This document shows positions 38,515 to 46,738 of a stretch of DNA of 53,643 nucleotides, piece after piece. The stretch's first letter is position 1. Each line of letters starts with the position of its first letter. The notes beneath the pieces are model-generated. The model made no database searches and was not told the origin of the DNA. It was given only the letters and a program-made list of their open reading frames with translations. Origin of the DNA: a virus (Duplodnaviria > Caudoviricetes). Location: IMG/VR virus record IMGVR_UViG_3300008267_000515, positions 1 to 53,643 of that record; one strand, 5' to 3'. The position numbers and the translations under genes were made by a program.

Positions 38515-38826
38515 CTAGAATATTACTATTTTTACGTACCCTACGGTACCACCGGCGTGCACGCCCAATACTGGAAGGATCAACGCACGTTCTTGCGGGA
38601 ACTCACTAAAATCGGGTCTTGGATTTCTAAGCGCTTGCGGATCATCCACTGGGAACTCGCCAAGGTGCAGCTGCGGGTGATCGGGATTCCAGCACTCGGG
38701 GCACGCGCGCACGTTTGTGTTTCTGCCTTTAACAATCAACTCCCGAAGCTCTCGGAGTTTGTACGGGAACCCGCACACGTCGCACAGCGATAGCGCTTTT
38801 TGACTGGAAGCAAACCGGTTGCTCAT
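38515..38826 (-). CDS. Zn-finger-like protein
   Basis: CDVCG…CPECW…HPQL…DPQALRNPRPD. Confidence 0.72.
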   Translation of the reverse strand: MSNRFASSQKALSLCDVCGFPYKLRELRELIVKGRNTNVRACPECWNPDHPQLHLGEFPVDDPQALRNPRPDFSEFPQERALILPVLGVHAGGTVGYVKIVIF

Positions 38827-38828
38827 CG

Positions 38829-39533
38829 CTACCTCGTATAATACATGCGCGGAACAAAGCGAACCGGGGCTTTCTCACGGTCCTCGCCGCCAGCCAGCTC
38901 AAACTGTCTCTCATATTCCGCTTGAATCATCGGCACTCGGGGCATCAGCGCGGGGTCTTTCTGCGCTATGTAATAGGCAAGCCCTGCAACCAGCGCCGGT
39001 AAGAACCTGAAGTTCACATCCGGTGTCTGTATCCCGCTTCCCGCGTCCTCAATCCTGCGCATACGCCAGTACTTTATTATGTAGTACGGGGCGTTAATGG
39101 TGCCTTGGTCTGGAACAGGCCACACCGTAACGACTGGGTTCTCTTGCCCCCGGTCAATATACAGCTGAATCGGCCTACCTTGGGTAAGCTTGTTGGGGAT
39201 AGTCGAGTACGTGGAGACGCTTATTCTGGAGATGTTCAGGTCTGACTGCGTAGACGCACTGCCCGCACCGGTGCGCACGACGTGCTCCAGCAGGTCTATG
39301 GTATCTGCCGGTAAGTTGTAAGACGCGACACCCTGACCTAGATTGATGGTGCCTTCTTCAATCGTCCACATGTTAATGCCGCGGTTCTGCCACTCAATGG
39401 TCAGCAGATTCATGGATCGACGCGCGGTACGAAGATCGTAACCAGAGCGCATCTCACGCCCAGCCCGCTCCCATGCTTCTTCTGCAATCTCGGTGAAGTC
39501 TAGGTTGAACGATGTTGTGCCCGAAGTTGCCAT
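38829..39533 (-). CDS. head-tail adaptor/tail tubular A-like protein
   Basis: IAEEAWERAG…ARRSMN…WQNRG…WPVPD…GLAYY. Confidence 0.7.
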   Translation of the reverse strand: MATSGTTSFNLDFTEIAEEAWERAGREMRSGYDLRTARRSMNLLTIEWQNRGINMWTIEEGTINLGQGVASYNLPADTIDLLEHVVRTGAGSASTQSDLNISRISVSTYSTIPNKLTQGRPIQLYIDRGQENPVVTVWPVPDQGTINAPYYIIKYWRMRRIEDAGSGIQTPDVNFRFLPALVAGLAYYIAQKDPALMPRVPMIQAEYERQFELAGGEDREKAPVRFVPRMYYTR

Positions 39534-39543
39534 AGTTAGTCTC

Positions 39544-39993
39544 TTACGTTACAGGTCCGCCGAACAACCAAGCATCGCAGGTTCTAGCCCCCGCGCACTT
39601 AAAGTGAAACAGCTGGCAATACCCCAAGTTTGCAGCATCGCTAACTATTTTAGCATTTTTAGTCTCTGGGGTGTCCCCCTTTCCAGCCTCATGGCCTGAC
39701 AGCCCCGACTCTATACAACCCATCATCATGGGCGTCTGGACAAATGCCGCGCAGTTCCCGCAGCGGGCTGTCTTAGTTTCTTCGGGGCTTATCCCCCACA
39801 TCTCACCTAACCGGTCCCAGAAATCAGAGTTATCTTCGTCCGGGTTGAGTGGCCCGTACCCGTACTCTTCAATGGCGTGGTTCCTGTTTTTCAGGTTCAC
39901 CTCTACATCTAGCGTAGCCACGGGACATGAGGTCGGGTCTTTGTACCCCTTGACCAGTGCCGTTCCACGCTTGGACGTTTTTCTTTCCGCCAT
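39544..39993 (-). CDS. Cys-rich protein with a HiPIP-like motif
   Basis: CGNC…GYCQLF…TCDAW. Confidence 0.6.
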   Translation of the reverse strand: MAERKTSKRGTALVKGYKDPTSCPVATLDVEVNLKNRNHAIEEYGYGPLNPDEDNSDFWDRLGEMWGISPEETKTARCGNCAAFVQTPMMMGCIESGLSGHEAGKGDTPETKNAKIVSDAANLGYCQLFHFKCAGARTCDAWLFGGPVT

Positions 39994-40268
39994 TACTTTT
40001 TCCTCTTCAGCGGATCAACCCGTTTAGGCGCTCCGGCAGGCTGACCTAAACTCTTCTTCTGGGCTATGCGCGAACTTTTTTCCGCAGAAGTCATTTCACT
40101 TGAGGTCTTCGGAGTTTTCTCGGAGACCCGCTTGCTCGGTCTACAGTAAGGCGTGCCGCGTTTTTCACCTTCTTGGCGACCGCACGCTTTGCCAGTGCGG
40201 ACGTCTTTCCAGTCCTCTTTGAACCAGCGTTTTAGCGACGCACCTTTCTCAGTTTTCCGGATGGCCAT
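39993..40268 (-). CDS. small basic protein
   Basis: Start MAIRKT at 40268; LKRWFKEDW…CGR…YCRP…KTPKT. Confidence 0.7.
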   Translation of the reverse strand: MAIRKTEKGASLKRWFKEDWKDVRTGKACGRQEGEKRGTPYCRPSKRVSEKTPKTSSEMTSAEKSSRIAQKKSLGQPAGAPKRVDPLKRKK

Positions 40269-40269
40269 T

Positions 40270-40443
40270 TTAGCCCCCGCGCTTACGGCATTTGGCAATG
40301 GCACCAGAGGCGTACGCTGATGGAAAAACTTTGTACGACGCTTTCACCTTATGGTAGCAGGCGTCTTTAACGGTTCCGCCTTTTTTAAAGGCAGGCCCGG
40401 GCAGCTTAGTGGGGGCCACAGCCCCCATCCCGCGACAAGGCAT
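40270..40443 (-). CDS. small basic protein (57 aa)
   Basis: Manual translation MPCRGMGAV…FKKGGTVKDACYHKVKASYKVFPSAYASGAIAKCRKRGG. Confidence 0.65.
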   Translation of the reverse strand: MPCRGMGAVAPTKLPGPAFKKGGTVKDACYHKVKASYKVFPSAYASGAIAKCRKRGG

Positions 40444-40448
40444 CACGA

Positions 40449-40652
40449 TCAGACCATCCGACCTTTGGTGTGGCCCTTCATGCAGCAGCCGTCACCGCGA
40501 GTCATCCCGCCTTTGGCGTAGCCCTTGGTCATGCCGCCACCCATCATTTTCTTGGTACCACAGGAAGAGCCGCCTTTGGCCATCTTCACAGTCACACCCG
40601 AGCCTTCCATATCCATACGCTTACGTGGGGACATCATCTTCATATCCATCAT
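40449..40652 (-). CDS. small Met/Lys/Gly-rich protein
   Basis: MAKGG, YAKGG, RGDGCCMKGHTKG; AAGGAG RBS. Confidence 0.7.
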   Translation of the reverse strand: MMDMKMMSPRKRMDMEGSGVTVKMAKGGSSCGTKKMMGGGMTKGYAKGGMTRGDGCCMKGHTKGRMV

Positions 40653-40789
40653 TTCTTTGCTCCTTTGCGCTTATCAGCGCCGCTGAATTCTTTGCCTACC
40701 TTCTGGGGAACGCCCACTTGTTTGGCAAATTTAGGGTTATTTGCTACGGCCATCATGAACTTGCGCTGTCGTTTAGAAACGGCTGGCAT
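40649..40789 (-). CDS. small basic protein (46 aa)
   Basis: Manual translation MPAVSKRQRKFMMAVANNPKFAKQVGVPQKVGKEF…; GAGGT RBS. Confidence 0.68.
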   Translation of the reverse strand: MPAVSKRQRKFMMAVANNPKFAKQVGVPQKVGKEFSGADKRKGAKK

Positions 40790-40796
40790 AACTACC

Positions 40797-41066
40797 TCAA
40801 CAATTCCAAGCCCGGAGGCTCTTATTTATCCTGCTGTTTGGGTCATTAGCCGTCTTAGCGCTGGTATTCTTAGCCTTCATCCCTGACATTCTGGCACAGA
40901 ATGACTTCTTTCTCGCTGCGGCTTTCTCTGTTTTAGGCTTCGGCGCGGGGGGCTTTAGCCCGGGTTTGCCCGGGTTTGCCTTGTTATAGCTCGCGCGGCC
41001 CTTGGCGTTTAGCCCGCCAGCTTCCGCTTTACCTTCTTTTCGAGTCCACGCCGGAGTTTTAGCCAT
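40797..41066 (-). CDS. small basic protein
   Basis: Start MAKTPAW at 41066; GGLNAKGR…RKKSFCARM…SLRAWNC. Confidence 0.72.
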   Translation of the reverse strand: MAKTPAWTRKEGKAEAGGLNAKGRASYNKANPGKPGLKPPAPKPKTEKAAARKKSFCARMSGMKAKNTSAKTANDPNSRINKSLRAWNC

Positions 41067-41565
41067 AATAGATTTGCGCACCGTCAATGCCGTTCAAGTA
41101 CCCGTATACTCCGTTCTGCACTAATACACCTTCCCCCGGAATGGACGGCGCGTTTTGGAACTCATCAGTGCTATGAGTTTCGTAGGTTAGTATCCACGCA
41201 GAAGAATACACAGCCGCCGGAGACCCTGTAATGGTTCCGGTATTGAGGTCGGTGACACTAAAAGAGTTAGCGTCAATTCGAGTTACTACGTAGTTACCGT
41301 CTGTTGCGGCGCCGCCTGAACCAGCAACAAAGTGGATACCAATTACAGCCCCCGTAAGCAGGCCGTGGCTCGTTTTTGCTATGGTAACAAGCGTCCCCGA
41401 TCTACCGTAGGTAACGCTTGAAGTCACAGGGGCTGTTACAGTATCAAACAGCACAATTGTCCCACTGCCACCGTAGTAAGAAACGCCCTTTACGCGATTT
41501 CGCCCAAGAACAAAAAATCCGCTTTGGTTGAGGTGGCCTTGTTTGACATCATATTGCATAGCCAT
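41059..41565 (-). CDS. virion protein with an FCCH-like beta-barrel insert
   Basis: TSHGLLTG…DGNYVVT…NSFSV; IPGEGV; GGGGAG RBS. Confidence 0.65.
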   Translation of the reverse strand: MAMQYDVKQGHLNQSGFFVLGRNRVKGVSYYGGSGTIVLFDTVTAPVTSSVTYGRSGTLVTIAKTSHGLLTGAVIGIHFVAGSGGAATDGNYVVTRIDANSFSVTDLNTGTITGSPAAVYSSAWILTYETHSTDEFQNAPSIPGEGVLVQNGVYGYLNGIDGAQIYYG

Positions 41566-41577
41566 AGCACTCCCCTA

Positions 41578-41997
41578 TTAAGCGGTGCGTGTGAACACGT
41601 ACGCTGTTGCGCTTGAGAACATGAGTGTAAAGCGGGCCAGTCCAGTTACACCAGAAGCAACAGTCAGGTCGCCAAAGCTACCAGCAGTGTCGGCAGCGGC
41701 AGTAGACAAGATGCCATTAGTTGCCACAGCGATGGTCACGGTATCAGCGCCGCCGGTGTTGTCGATGTAAAGGTCAAGGGATGTACCTTTAACTGCACCA
41801 AGAGCGGCGCCCAACAGCGTGCCGGTAGGCAAAGTAATAGTTGTTGCTAAGGCAGAAGTAGAAGTGATGTAGCCGGTTGCTACTTGCGCGGCGGTTGCTA
41901 CGGCAGTTGCGTTGATTGCGTTGGCAGCAGTAACTTGGTGGCCTGCAATGAAGCCGTTTTGAGATACTACGGGACCGTTAAATGTGCTGGTAGCCAT
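41578..41997 (-). CDS. putative capsid decoration/minor capsid protein
   Basis: Start MATSTFNGPVVSQNGF at 41997 after GAGGA; Ala/Thr-rich; downstream of the capsid gene. Confidence 0.65.
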   Translation of the reverse strand: MATSTFNGPVVSQNGFIAGHQVTAANAINATAVATAAQVATGYITSTSALATTITLPTGTLLGAALGAVKGTSLDLYIDNTGGADTVTIAVATNGILSTAAADTAGSFGDLTVASGVTGLARFTLMFSSATAYVFTRTA

Positions 41998-42002
41998 TTT
42001 TA

Positions 42003-42086
42003 TTTCCTCACATGCGAGTAGGGTGCGCTTCAGTCTGCATGTCGTCCGCCCGGTCGGTCTGCGGCGCGTAAAATGTTCCGGGGATA
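42003..42086 (-). ncRNA. structured, doubly pseudoknotted RNA; probably a Mu-gpT-DE-type motif
   Basis: Minus strand: CCCGG pairs with loop CCGGG; GCGC-cg-CAG pairs with CTG-aa-GCGC; CCG/CGG hairpin; ACATGC pairs with GCATGT next to the RBS. Lies downstream of a Mu gpT-like gene. Family assignment is from recall of context, not a model search. Confidence 0.55.
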
Positions 42087-42091
42087 CGCGT

Positions 42092-42120
42092 TTTATATCA
42101 CGTTGCTGGAGGTAGGTCAA
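42092..42120 (-). promoter_or_regulatory. sigma70 promoter TTGACC-17-TATAAA with TG extension
   Basis: Overlaps the last codons of the GIY-YIG gene; predicted start site about 42085, at the 5' end of the structured RNA. Confidence 0.65.
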
Positions 42121-42940
42121 CGTACTGAAAAACCAAGCCCGTAAATTGACCTTTTGTTATGGGGGAATTGGAGAGCAGCGCGCGTCGAAGCGTGGGCATC
42201 TTCATGCCGTAATGCTGCAGTACTGCGGTTAAGCTTGGGAATTGCATACCCGTTGTGGCCTCTAGCACCTGCTTGCTCATCTTCAGCTTTGACTCTTCCG
42301 AGTGCTTCTTTCCTAGCCAATTCTGGTTGCCCGTATTCGCTATAGAAAGGTTGCGGCGGTGTTCTTCGGTTCGGATGTGCCCCTTGGTGTTTTGGTTCCC
42401 CATCAAAGACGCAGACATTTTCTTTCGGGTTTCCTCTGAGGGGATAAAGCACCCGCCGCGCCCTTCAGCAACAACTTGCTGCACCTTAGCGGATATCAAC
42501 GCCTTAGTTTCATCGGTGTGTTTTTGCCCTGTACGGGGGTCTGAGGTGGTCCACTGATGTTTTGTCGCTATAGAAAGGATGGATTTAGCGTCCGCAGACA
42601 TAACTTTCCCGTAATTGGGGGTTGTATGCGCTGGGGCGTTTCTCCATGGGGCACTCGCGCTATACCCCGAATTGTAACAGTGCTCCTTGCCCACGTGCTG
42701 AACTAGGTATGTGTCCTCCACATCTAACAATGACCGGGTATCGGGCACTTCTTCTATAACTAGGAAGTCAAACTTGGACTCTCCATACTTATTCCACGCG
42801 GCTTGCAAGTGCTTGCAGTGGTGCCTATTCCCCCGTAACAGGTTACGGTGTTGTCGGAACCGTACTTTCTTATTAATAGTGCTGCCGACATAGAACTTGT
42901 CGTTTACTAAGTTGATAATTTTATAGATTACCTGCGTCAT
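42098..42940 (-). CDS. GIY-YIG homing endonuclease with NUMOD3 repeats
   Basis: VIYKIINLVNDKFYVGST…R…H…HLQAAWNKYG…E…YN; repeated HTDETK, SEETRKKMS, HSEESKLKMS. Confidence 0.92.
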   Translation of the reverse strand: MTQVIYKIINLVNDKFYVGSTINKKVRFRQHRNLLRGNRHHCKHLQAAWNKYGESKFDFLVIEEVPDTRSLLDVEDTYLVQHVGKEHCYNSGYSASAPWRNAPAHTTPNYGKVMSADAKSILSIATKHQWTTSDPRTGQKHTDETKALISAKVQQVVAEGRGGCFIPSEETRKKMSASLMGNQNTKGHIRTEEHRRNLSIANTGNQNWLGKKHSEESKLKMSKQVLEATTGMQFPSLTAVLQHYGMKMPTLRRALLSNSPITKGQFTGLVFQYVDLPPAT

Positions 42941-42979
42941 ATACTTCTCCTATACAAGTCTAGTTAGCTGTATAGTTCT

Positions 42980-43008
42980 ATAGTACCGACGGAACACCAC
43001 AAATGCAA
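42980..43008 (-). promoter_or_regulatory. sigma70 promoter TTGCAT-17-TACTAT
   Basis: Immediately after the capsid terminator, upstream of the GIY-YIG RBS (AGGAG). Confidence 0.55.
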
Positions 43009-43011
43009 GGC

Positions 43012-43037
43012 AAAAGAAAGGGGCCGAAGCCCCTTTC
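43012..43037 (-). terminator. rho-independent terminator after the major capsid gene
   Basis: GAAAGGGGC-TTCG-GCCCCTTTC-TTTT on the minus strand. Confidence 0.85.
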
Positions 43038-43061
43038 AAATACTACTTATAAAACAACAAC

Positions 43062-43979
43062 TTAGGTCGCGCCCGGAGACCCGAAGATACCCAAGGGGTC
43101 GCTCACTCCGAACGAATATCGCTCACGCGCTTTGTAGCGAGCGTTGCCCGTGTCAAAGTCGGCGTCCATAGATGTCTGCATAGGCGTACGAACAAAGTGC
43201 TTCAGTCCGTTGGGCACGTCAGTCATCAGGAACCACGCGTTCGTGTCGGTCAGGTAGTTGTTAACCGTGTACCCGCCGGGGATAGAACCGTTGTTTTTCA
43301 GGGCGTTGATATCGTTGTCAGCAGTGCCTACACGCAGCTCAGTTTCGAGCAAACGAGTTGCAACGAACTGCAGCGCGGGAGGGATCACCAACTTGCTCGG
43401 CTTGGCAGCGATCAACAGGCCACGTTCATCAGTCCACGCAGCGATCTGAATAACGGCGGCTTCCAAGGAAGTCTCGTTCAAGTCAGCGCCAGTGGTAGGA
43501 CGGTTACTGTTAGTTCCACCAGACACCAGCGGGTGCGCGGTAGAGCACAACACCTGACCGTCGCCGTATGTCGGATTGCCCGACCCAGTGAACGCGGTGT
43601 TAAGGATAGCAGCAGCCTTTACTTGCTTGGTGTATGCCATAGCACGGGCCAGCGCTTTGGTATAACGAGTAGACAGTGAGTCATACAGGTTATCTTCAAC
43701 AGCTTCTTCAGTGATGGAGAAGCCCATTGCGATGGTTTCGTGAGTGTAGCGAGCAGTAAACGCTTCTTGCGCGTTATCGTAAGAAATAGCGGAGCCTTCG
43801 TTTTTAACGGGGGCAGCGCCAAAGCCAGACAGCTTAGTTTCTTCTTCAAACGAACGGTCCGAACTTTCGGTCTCATAAATCTCGGCGTGTTGCTCGCCGT
43901 ATCTTGCGTACTCCATGCCAAACAGAGCATTAAGCCCCGGAAGCAGTTCTTTGAGTAGCTGTGCACGTGAAATAGCCAT
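43062..43979 (-). CDS. major capsid protein (Mu gpT-like, HK97 fold)
   Basis: MAISRAQLLKELLPGLNALFG…DGQVLCSTAHP…LVIPPAL…YLTDTNAWFL…RERYSFG; strong RBS; followed by a terminator. Confidence 0.88.
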   Translation of the reverse strand: MAISRAQLLKELLPGLNALFGMEYARYGEQHAEIYETESSDRSFEEETKLSGFGAAPVKNEGSAISYDNAQEAFTARYTHETIAMGFSITEEAVEDNLYDSLSTRYTKALARAMAYTKQVKAAAILNTAFTGSGNPTYGDGQVLCSTAHPLVSGGTNSNRPTTGADLNETSLEAAVIQIAAWTDERGLLIAAKPSKLVIPPALQFVATRLLETELRVGTADNDINALKNNGSIPGGYTVNNYLTDTNAWFLMTDVPNGLKHFVRTPMQTSMDADFDTGNARYKARERYSFGVSDPLGIFGSPGAT

Positions 43980-43992
43980 ATTCGTCTACTCC

Positions 43993-44604
43993 TTAAATAC
44001 CAGTGTTCACAGACATGCTGTGGAAACTAGGGTTGATTTTAACCAGCACGTCGGGGAACGCATCTGAGACCGGGGAAACAAACGCCACGATACGCATGGC
44101 TGCTGGAACAGTAACCGTCGAAGACTCTATCGCGCTGGTTGAGTTGCCAGTACGGGTACTGCCCGTAGAGGTGCTCTGTGCAGCAGCGAAGAAAGTATTG
44201 GCGCCAATCGCGGCCTGTGTGGCAGTGCCATCAAGTTGCGCTTGGAACAGGACCATGGGGTCGTCCACAACAAAAGCTTGGACCACGCCGGTAGTACCAG
44301 AAGGGTAGTACTGACTGAAAATCACTTGCCCCTGTGCGTTAACAAAACTACAACCGACGAATACGCCAATTGCGCCTGTGACGCTGGTGGTGCCTGTGGG
44401 CCAGTCATTGGTAGTAGCATCTGCACCGGTACCGGTGACGATGGCGATGTATCCGTTGGCGTTGTTGTACACGACACTTCCGTAGAAGATGTTGGTGTTA
44501 ACGCCAGCAGGATCAATCAAGTAGGTAGAGAAGGCGCCCGCGTAGGGCAGCCCGTCTACACGTTTAACGGGGCGAAGCCCGTACGGTGCAGCAGTTGTAG
44601 CCAT
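43993..44604 (-). CDS. head decoration/capsid-associated protein
   Basis: APYGLRPV…GVFVGC…VVDDP; lies between scaffold and capsid genes. Confidence 0.7.
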   Translation of the reverse strand: MATTAAPYGLRPVKRVDGLPYAGAFSTYLIDPAGVNTNIFYGSVVYNNANGYIAIVTGTGADATTNDWPTGTTSVTGAIGVFVGCSFVNAQGQVIFSQYYPSGTTGVVQAFVVDDPMVLFQAQLDGTATQAAIGANTFFAAAQSTSTGSTRTGNSTSAIESSTVTVPAAMRIVAFVSPVSDAFPDVLVKINPSFHSMSVNTGI

Positions 44605-44619
44605 GATAAAATCCTCAAA

Positions 44620-45066
44620 TTAACCTTTACCGAAAGTTACCGTTGTTTTCCTCTCATTAAAGAGAGGCATTCTCGGGTCGTTTTCCCGCATAAGATTTTG
44701 GTCCACAGCGAGCATCTGAGACTTGGTTTGGTGGGCATAATAAGCATTACGCTCTTCAACCAGCTCGATAGGCGCTTTACACAGAAGCAGGCCACCAATG
44801 ACGACATTATCCTTGAAGCGCTCATTCTCGATGCTGCTTAGGAAAATCTCTGGGTGATCTACCGCGCGTACGGGCTCCCAACCTTCGCGGAGTTTAGAAG
44901 ATACATTGATCGCATCAGCTTGTCCTCGGGTACTAACACGGACCCAGTGAAACGTATACCCTGCTTCCGGACTCGGAGAGGGCAACAGCTCTGGGCGACG
45001 CCACGCTTGTTTACGTGGGGTACGTTCGCGTTTTTCTAGTTCTCGATCTATTCTGTTATCGGCCAT
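44620..45066 (-). CDS. head-region hypothetical protein
   Basis: WVR…REGWEPV…GGLLLCK. Confidence 0.72.
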   Translation of the reverse strand: MADNRIDRELEKRERTPRKQAWRRPELLPSPSPEAGYTFHWVRVSTRGQADAINVSSKLREGWEPVRAVDHPEIFLSSIENERFKDNVVIGGLLLCKAPIELVEERNAYYAHQTKSQMLAVDQNLMRENDPRMPLFNERKTTVTFGKG

Positions 45067-46115
45067 TATGTTCTCCTCAATATCGCAACCTGTTTGGCGT
45101 AGTCCGCAAGAGACACCCCGAGTTTTTTAGCTAACGCAATTTGTGTACCGCTTAAATGCACCTTGATGGGTGCTGTGCTCCGCGTAGCGGGTGCGACCAC
45201 ATTTGCTGCTTTCTTTACCTTTTGGGGTTCTTCTGTGTCTTCAATATCTTCATCAAAGTTCTCTGGAAACAATTTTCGCATACGAGCATTCACTTTCTCG
45301 TAGTATTCATCCGATCTAGGGTCTACACCCTCTTTCACTAACTTGCTGTGGTAACCCAGAGCCGACGCCGTCATTTCATCGTCACTGCCAAACCACGAAT
45401 TATCATTTCTCCATTCCTCGGCTTTTTCGTCTCTCGACGGTTGCTGCTGGGGAGTGGTGGGTATTTTCTGCTGTTGTACACTAGCTGCTTGATTTTGTAA
45501 AGTGCCCCCCTCTGGAGGTTGCACTCTAGGAGCTAGGTTGTTGACCTTGTCCATGCGTATCTGCGCGGAGTTCAGACTCTCTTGAGCGGCGATAATAGCG
45601 TCAGTCTCGCCAGCCTCGTAAGCTTCCTTGTACTTGCGCTTTGCGTTCTGTACCTCGTCCTGAACCTGCTTTTTAGCAGACTCGATCAGCGCGTTGTGCC
45701 CCTTATCAACAGACCCCTTTAACTTCTGATTCTCGTCAATAAGAACTCTGGCATACCGCTCCAGCTCCTCGCGCTCGCGCAGGGCTTGCTCTTTTGCCCG
45801 CCGCTCGTCGTGGTAGCCTTTGCTGATGTGTTGAATTCGTTTTTTAACTTTGGTGGAGTAGCTATCCAACTCGTCATCGGTGACTTCTGGGGGCGTTGAC
45901 TGCTTTCTGTTCCTGTCCCCAAGCGGCACGTCGTTAACCACTTCTATCTCGACGTCGTCAACTTTTAGGTTCTTCTTTTTCTTAGCGACGGTCTCTCTTC
46001 CAACAGCTCCTTCAATCTCAAGGCCCTCATCAGCAACCTCCTGTTCTACTTCTACAGTGACTGCCGACGGTTTGTCGGGTTCTGGAAAATCAAACTCTAC
46101 CTGTTGCATTGCCAT
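45066..46115 (-). CDS. capsid scaffolding protein
   Basis: Acidic N-terminus; long coiled coil; C-terminal AKKLGVSLADYAK; position upstream of the capsid gene. Confidence 0.72.
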   Translation of the reverse strand: MAMQQVEFDFPEPDKPSAVTVEVEQEVADEGLEIEGAVGRETVAKKKKNLKVDDVEIEVVNDVPLGDRNRKQSTPPEVTDDELDSYSTKVKKRIQHISKGYHDERRAKEQALREREELERYARVLIDENQKLKGSVDKGHNALIESAKKQVQDEVQNAKRKYKEAYEAGETDAIIAAQESLNSAQIRMDKVNNLAPRVQPPEGGTLQNQAASVQQQKIPTTPQQQPSRDEKAEEWRNDNSWFGSDDEMTASALGYHSKLVKEGVDPRSDEYYEKVNARMRKLFPENFDEDIEDTEEPQKVKKAANVVAPATRSTAPIKVHLSGTQIALAKKLGVSLADYAKQVAILRRT

Positions 46116-46125
46116 AGGTTACTCC

Positions 46126-46548
46126 TTACGCGCGAGAGATGGCTCTCGGATTGGGTACAGTAGCTTGGACAGAATCGTCGTTCATGAGTCGGTACTCCTG
46201 CGTACCAATTTTGAACCGCGTGCCTGTATTTGCTCGGAACATCACGTAGTCCCCCGGTTTGCACCATGGGCCTGCGGAAAAACGGTCTTTGTCGTTATAG
46301 GCTTGATCGCCCATATCGAGCACCAACCCAATGGTGGAGAGGATGTATTCCTCACGCACTGTTTTGTCGGCCTTTAGCAGCATGGATTCCCCGAAGGTTT
46401 CTTCCACGTTTGGTAGCGCAATCAGGATGTGATACCCCGTTGGTTTAGGAATAGCGGCGTCAAGCGCGGCTTGCGCTACTTCCGCTTCATTTATTTTTAC
46501 TTTGCGTTTCTTTTCAAGCTGCGTCATCGCTGCCGTAGGTTCATTCAT
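46126..46548 (-). CDS. GroES/Cpn10-like co-chaperonin
   Basis: PTGYHILI…GLVLDMG…PWCKPGDYVMF…GTRF…YRLMNDD; start ATG 46548. Confidence 0.8.
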   Translation of the reverse strand: MNEPTAAMTQLEKKRKVKINEAEVAQAALDAAIPKPTGYHILIALPNVEETFGESMLLKADKTVREEYILSTIGLVLDMGDQAYNDKDRFSAGPWCKPGDYVMFRANTGTRFKIGTQEYRLMNDDSVQATVPNPRAISRA

Positions 46549-46738
46549 CGTCCTGTTCCATATAGTTTTTCGCAAGGTCTTGTAGTTCTCGTCGTGCCAG
46601 AGTTAGACCCCGGATTACCCCGCACGCTTCTTTATACCCCTCTAGGGTCTTAGCCCCGCCAGAGGTTAAAAAGTCTTCGTTATCGTGGATAGCTTTTACT
46701 ATCCGGTCATCCAGCACATCAAATACGGTTTTAGCCAC
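46541..46738 (-). CDS. small head-region protein
   Basis: YKEACGVIRGL motif; lies between portal and GroES genes. Confidence 0.7.
   Translation of the reverse strand: MAKTVFDVLDDRIVKAIHDNEDFLTSGGAKTLEGYKEACGVIRGLTLARRELQDLAKNYMEQDDE

Noticed and set aside
42098-42940. Group I intron carrying the GIY-YIG gene
   Set aside because: The flanking genes are intact, a terminator and promoter lie upstream, and there is no room for an intron core.
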